Below, piece after piece: positions 14,581 through 26,500 of a DNA stretch of 64,000 nt. This stretch comes from Lobosporangium transversale (lineage: Eukaryota). Location: positions 434,001 through 498,000 of the forward strand of contig NW_019028981.1 in NCBI RefSeq assembly GCF_002105155.1, written 5' to 3'. The notes below the pieces were generated by a model. It was not told where the DNA came from and ran no database searches. It worked only from the letters and a program-made list of their open reading frames with translations. Positions within the stretch are counted from its first letter, which is position 1. Each line of letters starts with the position of its first letter. Made by a program: the position numbers and the translations under genes.

Positions 14581-14981
14581 CTTTTCAGCCAATTGGAATA
14601 AAAATTTAGCGTATCTTTTTAAATGCTCATCGCTGAAAGTAAAATATCGTTTTTTTATTTTATTTTTTTAATCTATTGAGTCTATGAAAAACAGCTCATG
14701 CCATTTCTTGACTGCCAATCGATGTATAAATGTGCAATTATACTTCTACCTCACTACAGCTGGATCCCAAGTACCATTCTCATCTTCTCCAAGCACAGTT
14801 CGGAATTGTTACTTACAGGACCAAAGCTGACATTATAGTAATAAAAGATCTCGAAAAACAACATTGGCATTGGTAACGTAGTTAGACGGGCTGCCCGTAG
14901 GTTACTCCAATTTTGTGTTTTGCCTCGTAAGGCTTATTTATTTATTTAGGCTAGTGAAGTTGGTCTTTAATTTATTTCAGA

Positions 14982-15630
14982 TCAGGGTTCACCATTGTCG
15001 TCCAGGTCATGAAGATTCCTTGGACGCCAAACTAGACAGCGCATTTCAAATCAAAACAAAATAAAAAGAAAAAAGTCCAATTAATAAAATAAAAATAATT
15101 GTCGTGTAATTTATGTCATTCAAGACTAGACAGCAGTTTCATCAAGGTAATTGCTTGTTACCTTGAATATTTCCTGCTCGTTCTTTCGATCCTGGGGCAA
15201 CCGTTGAAATGACATCTTCTAGGTATGGACACCAAGCGAAGTCCGATACCATCAAGCTAACAAATATCGAAGAAAGGATGAGTCAGAACTTTTTTTTTTT
15301 TTTTTTTTTTTTTTACAGCCTCGTTATCCTTAATAGACATACTCATGGCCTTGATGACGAAATAGCATTTCTGGGATCTGTTGAGGCGTAGTCTGATCCA
15401 CTGGTCCATCAAACTTCTTAATTTTCCAGATACAAATTTGACCGCCTATTGTTAATCCTGCTATGCAGTCCGATCGATGTGGCGACCATTGAGCTTTGCG
15501 CAGCGTATGTTCCCCCAAGTTATGGAACGTGGCAAATGCCTAAAAAGTCAGCCGAGGATTAGTTGGTGCTAACCTTCTAAGGGTATATATTCATATTATA
15601 AGCAGAAAAAAAAAGTCTCCCTTCTCTCAG

Positions 15631-15661
<31 letters not shown>

Positions 15662-16210
15662 CATACATCATGATCCATCTTGCGCACATCCCAGACACGC
15701 ACAGTTTTAGAATGCGTTGTCATGAATTCGTTCGAATTGTTTGGATTCCATTCAATACTGTAGACTGGGTCATATATTTGACCGGTCCCTTCTTTGTCCA
15801 TACAAGCCATGGTAGCGAAAACAGCCTTGTTGGGTGATCGAGGATCCCACCGAGCGATTTGCGCATATTCGTCCGATCCAACAAGAACTGTCGAGTCGAT
15901 TGAATTAATCGAGATGCAAGATGAGTGGAACTTGAAATCTCGATCAATTTCAACTCTGGCTGTACTGTCAAGATTTACTATCGATCAAAGAGTAAAAGAT
16001 AAAAGTGAGTGAAAACCATAACCAACGTAAATATGATACCGGTTGTTCGACAACAACAACAACAACAACAACAGTAACAATAAAAAAATAGATAAGTGTC
16101 TTCAAGGTATTAATTGATATTTATGCTTCAAGCCTTACTAGTAGCATCGCTTCCTACAGATGACACGGACTTGTATAGATCATAAGAGTGGATCCTCCCG
16201 AAGCAATCTA

Positions 16211-16241
<31 letters not shown>

Positions 16242-17560
16242 CCATAAATAGAAAACCACTGATATTACAAATAACCCGGTCATAGGAAATGTATTCAAAC
16301 AAACAGAATGCCATGCATTTGTCGCCTTACCCACACTGCAGACATCCATGCCTTGCACATCGAACCAAATTTTGTCGTGTGGTTTATTCCTCTCCAACCT
16401 AATTTCATAAAAGAGCACACAAACATTCGTTAAAGACCAATATATACATACATTATTCATTTTGAGATTAGGATGTCAAATTTACTTGACTATTGGAGTC
16501 TTGGCTCGCTCTACGGTGTCTCTTAAATCCCAAACATGAAGGCTCCAAGGTGTGTTTGTGGCTGCCACCAGATGACCGGATTCTAAGCATCTTTGTTTTT
16601 ATCAAGGCGTAATTGAGCAAATAAAATAAAATAAAATAAGAAAAAGTGTTCATAATTCCGAGATAATAGGTAAACAAGAAAAAAAGAAAAAGTATTTACT
16701 TCATTGCCATGATAGGTCCTTTCCCGGTTACATTGATACCCTCAACTAAAGTCTGAAAGCTCAAACAGAAGAATTTCGTTAAACTCAATTATTATCTTCG
16801 ATTTCAAGGGCTTTTTTTTTTTTTTTTTTTTTTTTTCTGTTTCCACACACATATACAAACAGATGTGGATATGAACATTACATCTCTTGACTCGGGCAGT
16901 TGACCGCTATGACGAATGGCTAAAACTTGAGCAGCAGACTCCTTATCACCATACTCACGCATCTGAACCGTTAAACTAGATAAGACCGGAACAGGATTTG
17001 GACTTTTCGATGTCCAGAACATCGATCCTGAAGATTATTTTATATAAACATTTTAAGGAATTTATCAATTATCGAAGGGGAAATAAAATAAAATAATAAA
17101 AAAAAGATTTGTATTTACCATAGTGTAACCTAGCGGTTGAAATATCAAGCTGTGTGCTCCATGCCAATGTGGATATTGCTAAATTTCCTTGTTCGGATGC
17201 TGTTGAAAGATTGTAAAGAGTTTCGTAACTGATATAGGCTGATTCACACCAACTCGTAAAAGATCCACTGAACAGATCAGGTTTGACATGCGTAACTTTA
17301 AGCTCGCCAGGATGTAGCGAGAATTCTTTTTCAGCAATACGTCTTGGATAGTGACGTAATCGCTGTTCTTCTGCTGGCCCTCGCTTTCGTTTATGACTGT
17401 AGGTATGGCTTTGAATATAATTGCTGTTGTTCTCTGATGATGCTCGATTTTGATCATTATCACTGCTTCGGCTGTGGTTGTAAAGATTGGCTTGTTTGGC
17501 ATTGATATTACTGGAGGTAGACGGAGATGAACCTTGAATTTTTTTGAAGATCTTTGATAG

Positions 17561-17591
<31 letters not shown>

Positions 17592-18893
17592 TTAGAGAGC
17601 TGAGCAAAATACCTTTAAATAAATCAGCATTTAAATCATATTTGTGTTTAAGTGTTGATATACAGAGGTAACTGGCGTGCCTATCACACGTGTGTTTTTG
17701 GTAGGCACTTCAATCTGGCTTCCTTTGGTCTTTGGCAGCGTATTGTTCGGTTGAGTCCAAAAATTCGGCAAATGAGGTGGTAGGGGTCTATAAATGATGT
17801 CGCGGATATGTCCAAAGTCAGAAAGTGGCCCTTTCTAGGTCGAGAAAGGAAAAAGACACAGAGAGGGAAATAGGGAGATGAGATTGTAGTAAGGATTGTT
17901 ATACGAGAAAGTAAGCATGCAAAAGCCTTTTTTTTTTTTTTTTCTTTTTTTACCTTGGTGAGTGCATTATGGGCTGAATATGCTCCATCATTTGAAGTGA
18001 AGGAGATATAGTACTTATGGCATTGGGGGGGAGGTCTTGAAGACGCAAGTGGACGAGAAAAGACTTTATTTATTATTATTAGCTATTCTTAAGACAATAG
18101 AGCCATATAAAAATTTACGTCTTTCTTTTTTTTTTTTACCTGATACAACAATTCCAAAGCGCTGAAAAAAATTGTATATTTTCTAAATCATATTTCGCAG
18201 TATACATTATGCACAAAAACCATAGGATTGATGAGCCATCTTAACATGCACAAATGGCTGTGGTTAGTAAGTCCATGGGAATAAAGCGAAGATAGTAGGG
18301 GACATACCCAGAGTGGACATGATTTCTCCGCCTCGATCTGTATTCCTGGAATGCGATTGTACACGCTTGGTGGCCAGAAGGCCATTCTTATCCGTCGACC
18401 TTTGAGCTCACTAAAGTTGTGTCTCCTATCAACCAAAGAAGGATGGGATGACAAATATAATAATAATAATAAAAAAGGAAAAGTTTAAAAAAGCGGCCAG
18501 AATGCTTGTGAAAATCTTCTTCAGTACTTAGAATCGTACCTGAATATGGGCATGGCAACATCAAGTGAAGGTACGCTAACCCTAAATGCTATTGAAGCCT
18601 CCAGATCAGATGACTCATGAAGACTGACTGCTCCGTCTGGTCCTAATCCCAGGAACATGGATAATTCCTTCGCTGCAACGCTGTGGACATAAATATGTGC
18701 ATCGATATATATTGTTAAGAAAAAAAAAAAGTTACATAACTCAATGATAAAAAGCTCTTTTACGATAGTAGACTGATGAGGGATATGGTGTATACCTCGG
18801 ATGTACATCGAGGACCAGAAAAGTTGTTTTATTAGAGGTGCTCATGGTAAGGTGTCTGACATCGAAAGATGCATTCACAAGAAGATTTAACAT
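14982..18893 (-). CDS. Multi-exon protein with two N-terminal RRM-like domains and an RBBP4/MSI1-like WD40 propeller
   Basis: Spliced translation gives RRM-like segments (TFLVLDVHP..ELSMFL..NFSELKGRRIRMAFW; KIYNFFQRFGIVVSV..YYISFTSNDGAYSAHNAL), a CAF1C-like helix (SFTSWCESAYISYETLYNL..ISTLAWS) and WD repeats (VYSIEWNPNNSNEF..VRVWDVR; EMLFRHQGH..VSDFAWCP..VWRPR). Start could be 18893 or 18845. Confidence 0.7.
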
Positions 18894-19320
18894 TGCAAAC
18901 AATAACTTGGGGCTGAGTAAATAATACCAAAAAAAAAAAAAATGTGGCTGTGCTTTTCATTATCACCTTGCGTATTTACAAAGTTAAGTCAAGCATGCTT
19001 GCCTCGGTACGTCGGCTTCGCCAAAGAGATAACGAATGACAGTAATCAGGTTGATGCCAAGACTGAAACTTGGGCCACGAATTGACGCAGTATCTCTTAT
19101 TATTTTTTTTTATGTCAGTAATGTTATGTACATTGTAATAGTCTTCTGCAGAATCAGGCGGCGCAGTGACCGTTTTGTGGAAAAGACTTGCGTGTTTCTT
19201 ACAATTGTCATGAACCATTGATGCATGCTCCTTCTCTTCCTCTTCCTCTCTCATTCATATTCTGTCATTCATATTCTAATATTTGATAATTAATCAGGAA
19301 TTACTTTCATCAAGAACTCA

Positions 19321-20952
19321 ATGTCAAATCTACAACAGCCGCCTCCAGAGGCAGCAACAGCCTCAAATAGCCCAACCAACGTTCTCGACTGTGACTCAGT
19401 CTTGACACTGCTTCAGACGATACTTCCCAAGTCTAGCACGGCCAGTGAGACTAACACTGAAGCATCATCAACAGCGTCTGAGCCCCAGAATGTCCCTATT
19501 ACCATTCTCAGTAGCCCTTACGAGGGCCTCGCAGCACTTTCTCACGCATTAATGACTGCGGTTGGGTTCAGGCTGGTTGGACTTGGTGAAGACGATACCC
19601 TTGAGCCTAGTCGTAAGAGTATTGAAGGTAAAAAGCACCCAAATTTTTCTGTCCTTTCCTCCCCTCTCTCTTTCTGGCCCGTTTACCTGAGCATCATCTT
19701 CATTTCCGCTTAATCATCTCTTAGATCTCTCGAAAGCCAACGAACTACCTGAACGATGGAACACATCCAAGGAGAGCTACTCTTTCAGATACACCCATTC
19801 CAATTCACAACTCACTTATCTTATCAAATGTATGCGTTTGGCAGGCAAACTTGTTATTCATGGAACTACTATCGAGGTAATATTAAAGAAACAAGCTCAG
19901 GAGTTTAGGTTTGGTTGCCATTGCGAAAAAGCTAATATATAATTTTTTTTTTTTTTTTTTTTTTTTAGACCAATAAAATCTGCTCATTAGAGCTTGATGT
20001 CAAGGACTTTACCTCGCCTTCTTATTTTCCATATACAACTGCCACAGACTTGAGTAGAGATCCATTATGGAATGCTTTCCTCTCACGTTCCAGGACCAAC
20101 GACCTTATAGGACAATTTAAAATTAAGATGATTCAACAGCTCATCCCTGGATTATCAAAACCTGGTTATCAGGAGGAACAACCAGCAACCAACACTAACA
20201 CTAACACCGATACTAGCACTAGCAGCAGGGGTGACAGTAGCGGTAATAGTAGCAGCACACCAACAAGCGGCGGTCCTGCTGGATATGGGCCTGGTATTTA
20301 TCGAGATGATCCATCTACATTCCCAGGAATCGGCGGGGGTGTTCCTTTGCCAGGACGACCAGGCTTTGTGCCACGACCACCCATATTCGGAGACCCTTTT
20401 TCGGCGGAAGACCCAGACTCCATGGGCTTTGGGGGGGGCCTTGGTGGCTTTGGAGGAGGTCGGCATAATCCTTTTGAGATAGGAAGAAGCGATTTAGATC
20501 CTTTTGCGGGACGCCATGGTGGAGGAGGGTTTGGAGGTGGCGGTATGGTTGTGGGACCTAACCATCCCATGTTCGGAAGACCAGCCCCAGGTCCTAGCAG
20601 CGGGAGTGGAATCTATGGCGGACCTCAACCATTGCCGCGCGGATCTGTCCCGCCAGGAGCCAGGTTCGATCCTATTGGACCATTCGGTCCTGGGGGCGGA
20701 ATAGGTGGTCCGCCTGGCGCTGGAACTGCCCATCGAGGGCCAGGGTTTGGAAGAGGCCGTGGTGCTGGACCTGGATCTAGGTAAGCTTTTCAGTAATTTC
20801 CAACTTTCATTTTGTTTGTTGTTGCTCATAAATATGGCCTCATTAGAATAGCGTTAGCATCATTACTAACATTCCTTCATTATATCAGTTTCCTTGGAGA
20901 GCCAGACAACGATGATGCTCCTCCACCAGGATACATGGACATGTACATGTAA
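19321..20952 (+). CDS. PI31 proteasome regulator (PSMF1-like)
   Basis: FP-domain motifs (ALSHALMTAVGFRLVGLG, YSFRYTH), IGRSDLDP, GMVVGPNHPMF, VPPGARFDPIGP, GEPDND and C-terminal MYM stop. Four exons. Confidence 0.92.
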
Positions 20953-22265
20953 ATATTGTCAAATAAAGAAGCATCGCTCTATATAGTAGTAGTATGCTCT
21001 ATATGTTTCTATCCCAATGCTTTTGAGCGTCTTTTTAGTCAACCGTCTCACGATCCTCTTGGAAAGCATCCACCTATCAATTGTATAGAGCAAAGTACAA
21101 TATTATATCTATAGATCTTAGCAGATCAATCCAGGACTTTTAGCAATCATAGTAAATTAAAAAAAGGAGGTCATTGTTGTCTAGATTTTGGCCTAGTTAT
21201 TACCCGCATGCCGCGCGATAAAAGCAAAGCAAAGAGGAGGGAAATAAACAAAGGCATTAGGCAATGACGCCATTAGCCTCATCAAGATCTTTTGGGCCTG
21301 GGAACTATTGCGCGCGTTAAACCCGTAATCTCTTTCCTTTTGAGCCTTTGGAGTGACAGAATAGAATACTGAGAGTACAAAGGACATCAACGCTCGTTAT
21401 TCGAGCTATCAGTCTACCATTTTTGATATGATAGAAGAAAGTAAAGGTGGCGGTAATGGTACTCCTCAAATTCTGTTCACTATTCATAAAACCATAAAAG
21501 CCTAGCAATTCGGGCCAGGCCTGGTGTCGCCACAGCAATCACAATCACAATCATAATCGCAAATCCTTGACGGCCTCTTAGCTGTGGGCCCAATCCGAGA
21601 GCCTTCTTAACGGTTCCAGGCAGGCGGGGGTCTTATGGATCCTTAATGTATCTGCAATCCAAGGTGGTGCAGACATGAGGCTCCCTGACTTACCAGCTTC
21701 AGTTTTAGTAGGATCGCCACTCAAGGATCGCAAAATGTATCTAAATTTTCGTCAGCGATTGCACTATTTGTAGGTGGTCAACAAGAACAATCTTTATGGG
21801 TTTCTGGACCATTTTTTAATGTGGAAGGTGGTCGCGTCCTCAAATGAGAGATTTCATCGGTTTTGGGCTTTAGCCAAGGTTCAAAGGCAACCAAGCAGTG
21901 CTTTCAAGGAAATCCCCAATCGCGAGCTCGCCTTGGCGCGAATTTGTTGGCTATTGACTTGGAAGGAGACATGAAGGAGGATCCTATAATTACGTCTTCG
22001 CGCGCGTGACTCACGATATGCTGAGTAAGTTCTTTATGTGAAGCCCATACAAGGTATGAATATAGTGGCTTTTTTTACTGATCATCCTTTTCTTTATCCT
22101 ATTTCTAGCTATTGGGCACTCTTACCATCAAGCATGGCTTATAAATGATTGTACCAACAATTGTTATATATCGAAGTGGTCGCAAACAGAATGTGTTGCA
22201 TTTATTACCACAATGAAACTGACGCTATATATATGTGTAGATATATACAGAGTTGTTTGTGGTTT

Positions 22266-23145
22266 TTATTCCTTTGAATGTTCCTTTGGTGATAAAGATT
22301 GGAATGTTTCTATTGTTTTTAACATCATTGAAGCAAACATAAATAATAAATAAGTAAAGATATTAAGAAGCAGCAAGAAGCGGATGTAGGCAAAAAAAAA
22401 GGACATACTAAGAACAATCTCGGTGAGATGCTTTTCGGTGCCATCCTTTCCAGTATATGATTTATAGTGAACAGGACCCTCAACATAAACTAGATCGCCT
22501 TTGTGGACCCTATCTGCCAAGAAAGGGTTCCTCTTTTGATCCCAGGATACGATCCTATGCCAATGTGTTGTCTGGATTAAATTGTCTGAAAAGCATGAGA
22601 AAAAAAAAGATGTCATTATTCAGCGAAACACAATGATGTTGTTACAGTGATATAACAGTGTCTTTTTTTTTTTTTTTTTTTTTTTCACACACCTTGATCA
22701 TCCTTGCGGGTCTCAGAAGTAGCTACTGAAAAATGGACCACGGTACGGTCGCCAACCTGGCTGGTCTCAGCATCTTGTCCGACGCGTCCAACGATAATCG
22801 CTTTGTTAACTAAAGTACAGATCAGATCAGATATAGTTTAACATAAGATGAGCTCAGTTAATAATAACTGATCATTTATGATTATAAAGATTATAAGAAA
22901 AAAGACATACTGAGCGTACGGACAGACCCAATTGCAGGCTGATGGCACAAATATATGATAACCATTGTAGCGGTTTATAGAAAATGATGCAGAAAACTTA
23001 GTAAGTCAAAGTTCAATATCTTTCATTTTAACGCCTTTTGTCAAAGCCCAAAACAATGGGCTCAAACATAATCTTCATTGCACATTTATTAAACATATAC
23101 CGTTGCAATGCGTTTTGCGATGGGGTTAATTCTTGTAAGAAGCAT
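22266..23145 (-). CDS. RIM1: Mitochondrial single-stranded DNA-binding protein
   Basis: Targeting peptide MLLTRINPIAKRIAT (23145-23101), then exons encoding NKAIIVGRVGQD, FSVATSE, THWHRIVSW, KGDLVYVEG and TEIV. Confidence 0.88.
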
Positions 23146-23343
23146 GTTTAAGGGAAGAGGGGTTGGGATAACAATAATGGTGAAGAAGGTGAGGAAAGAT
23201 GAAGTGGGGGACAGAGGCTAAGATATTTGACTTGTTTATACGCTTTTTATTACCCCGAATTAGAAAAAGGACGCCACAGTCACAGGCAAGCGTGGCTAGG
23301 GCAGAATATATTGACTGTGGCCACAGTGGCTGGAGAGATTAGT

Positions 23344-23518
23344 ATAGTCCGTCCCATTAAAAAACGAGACATTCCATCTATTGTAAAAAGAAGAAATGTA
23401 TTAGAACACAGAAATAAATAAATAAATATATTAACCAAGAAAAAAAAGTACTATCAAGCCAATACTTACAATTTTTTTAAGACGAAGGCCTTTCTGGACC
23501 TAGTCATGTTTGTAGTAG
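23344..23518 (-). ncRNA. Candidate Fanzor omegaRNA scaffold A, with putative intron 23469-23378
   Basis: Begins 9 nt after the tail stop codon. First 49 nt are 45/49 identical to 29055-29103. Stem-loops are conserved, and similarity ends at GGACTAT. Confidence 0.65.
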
Positions 23519-23526
23519 ATTGTGTC

Positions 23527-26500
23527 CTACTGTTGTTGCCGGCTTGTCTCTCCCCCTCCTCCTGGACCCAGCAAAGGTCCTTTCGGTGGTCTTGATCCCT
23601 CTACTCCTCCTCCTCCTTCATCTGAAAATTTCCTTTTTCTGATTCCTCCACTGCCACTTCCACCACTACCTCCCTCTCCTCCTCCTCCTTCCCCCGGGCT
23701 TAACAAAGGTTCCTTCGATGGTCTCGAACCCTCAACTTCCCCTCCTCCATCATCCGAGAATTTTCTTTTTGTGGTTCTGCCACTACCACTACCACTACCA
23801 CTACCTCCTACCCCTGGACTCAACAAAAGCCCTTTCGGTGGTCTTGATCCCTCTACTCCTCCTCCTCCTCCTTCATCTGAAAATTTCCTTTTTGTGGATC
23901 TGCTACTACCACCACCACTGCCACCACTACCTCCACCGCCGCCACTACCGCTAGAAGCTTGGCCTTGAGTTCCTCCGTCCGGCGGCATATATTTTGAGGT
24001 CGTTTTTGCTCTCTTATCTGCGACTCACAGACCCTTGCGATGTTCTCAGCACCAACAGCATCTCGATCAAAGTATGCTTTACAATTTCGACAGTACTTGG
24101 ATCGAAAAGGAACATTCTCCAATATACTGTCACAGTGAGGCCGTGGACACTTGGCAGATGTGTAGTATTCATGACAACCTGCAATGGGGTAGTCTAGAGA
24201 TTTTGCCTGTTCGAGCCAGATTTAATACTCGTTAAAAAAGAGACTCAAAAATTGAATGTCATTGATCAAGGGATTTTTTTTTTACCTTTTCAACAAGCTT
24301 CTTCATCAATATCCCATGCTTCGATACTTGTCCTCGGTTTGTCTTGAATGATCCTAGTCCAATACAGATCACCGCATTCGTATTGGCATCTCTTCTTCTT
24401 CCATTGCTTCCGCCCGCAAGCTTCAGAATTGCCTTGATCACATAATCAACGCATCCGTTCTGTGCTTTTCTATTATCCCAGCTATTCCGAACAAACCACC
24501 CGTCATTATAGAAATCGACAAGCGCCCTATATATAGTCTCCCTATTGTCGTCACTGGTCCCAGATCCACTGCTACTACTGGCCTCAACTCCACTGCTACT
24601 ACCGGTCCCTGCTCCACTGCTACTACTGGCCCCAACCCCACTACCAGAGAAACTACCTCCAGTACTTGATGGAGCTTGATTTAGCGGCAAGCTCATATAA
24701 GCGAAATACTGTGTTAAAGTAGGCCTTGAGAATGACGGAATATTGCTTTCAATCTCTGTAATTCCTCTTCTAAGCTTTCGCCTCTCTAGCTCGCCCTGAA
24801 ACTTCTTGGATGGTTTGTAAAGGTACGCTCTAGAAATCCGGAGGATCTCACGTTCGTTAGGTTTCCTTGGATCCAACTTTGCAATTGTCATCGAGTACCT
24901 CTCGCCTGGATCGATCCCAATGATAATGGTACTTTCGGGGGGAGGGCATGCTGCCTGGGTGTCATATTTAACTTCTACATTCTCGAGGAGACGGGATCTC
25001 TGCTTCCAGTTGATCTCACGCCGGGGACTGGGACTCACCGGGGACAGTGGATTTGTGCTCGATGTACCTTCTTCAGCTGCTTCTTCTCCCTCGTCGCCAT
25101 CTAAGAATGGTTCATCAACTTCCAGCAAGTCAATATCGCTGATACCCAGCAAGATATCGTCATCTTCATTTCCGTCGTCGTCTCCATCATCACCACCATC
25201 ACCTGCACCATGGCCTGAAGACGAGGATCCCTGCTGAGCACTTGAAGAAGCCTGGACTGCTTGAGATCTTTGAGTATCCGAAGGTTGGGCAGCTTGCGAA
25301 CCTCTACCTCTTTTTTGCTTCGATGTGTCATAGGCAAGAAGTGTTAGGGTAAGGCCGTTTGTAAAGAACGATGTCCGTAGTTTCCTTCTAGGACCATCAT
25401 CAGATTGCAGTCCAACGTCCTTGTATCCTTTCAAGGAAAACAGCTCCTGCAACAATATCCCCTTGTGGTTAAGGATCTTGTCCTCTGCAGCCCCCTTGGT
25501 ACTCATCTTTAGTTCCAACAATTGGGCTATTTCCTCTCGAACTGTTGGGTTAGACCATAATATATCCAGGAGACAGGCTTCCGTTAGGCAAAGAGACCGA
25601 GGCGAGAAAGCAGACGTAGGGAAATCCAGATATTTTTTGGCAGTTGCATTTTGCTCAAAAAAGAATTGGATGGAACTTCTTCCATCGCCTGGAATATCTA
25701 TGTCAAACTAGACATTATATTGAAGAAATGATTAGGAACATTTCTATAAACATATTATAAGATAACCTCAAAATATTATAATATTATATTTACCTGCGCA
25801 TTCCGATAGTGAGACCTTAGCGCTGCTTGAACAGGGACCATGACCATCCGAGACGACTTGCTGATCACCAAATCGGGATAGATCTGGTTTAAAGGACCAA
25901 GCCCTGTCTTTGCATAGAAGTTTTCGTATGCTTTGAGCTGGGACGGCTTGGCTACGTTCCCTTCGCCTTTTTTCTTCACTTCCCTGCTATACCTAGATAA
26001 TGGACTCATCACTCCGTGATACAACAACGCAGCAAGGCCGTAAATAAAGTCCCTGGTATCAAGAACTTCATCTAGGAGTTGTGGGAGATCAGCTGGATTG
26101 GATGGCCCAGTGGTAAGCAGGTTATCGATCCACAAGGCGCAGGCCCAGAAAGCTCGAATCCGTGCCTCATTCAACATTTTAATAAATGATTGAATGAGCC
26201 CTTGAATTGTTGCAGCAAGTTGCTCGGGATTGAGATTGGGATCGGAAGTAGAGTCCAGCTTGGCAACTACACATGTCTTTAACGTGCCCAGAGTTAATGC
26301 AACAGTGGGGTGGGCCCTCTTCAACCGTCGGTCCTCGGCAGTAGCCTCCTTCACTTTCCTGGTCTTATCAGTCTTTCTGATATACTTGGCCTTCCCTTTG
26401 TTCTTCTTTTTTTTCTTCTTTTCCTCCTTAACCTCCTCTTCTTTGTCATCCTCTTTTTTTTCCTTTTCCTTTTTTTTGGGGGACTTTCTTTGACGGCTGG

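Noticed and set aside
17179..17607. 142-aa minus-strand ORF as a separate gene
   Set aside because: It is an alternate frame overlapping the true exon of the RRM-WD40 gene.
21200..22030. Possible decayed element between PI31 and RIM1
   Set aside because: No motif or termini I can identify.
23290..23330. Helitron 3' end (palindrome plus CTAG) for the Fanzor element
   Set aside because: CTAG is not followed by T, and no Rep/helicase or 5' TC boundary is evident.
23540..23960. Repeats next to the RuvC gene as a possible CRISPR array
   Set aside because: They are codon-periodic coding repeats without unique spacers, in a eukaryotic context.
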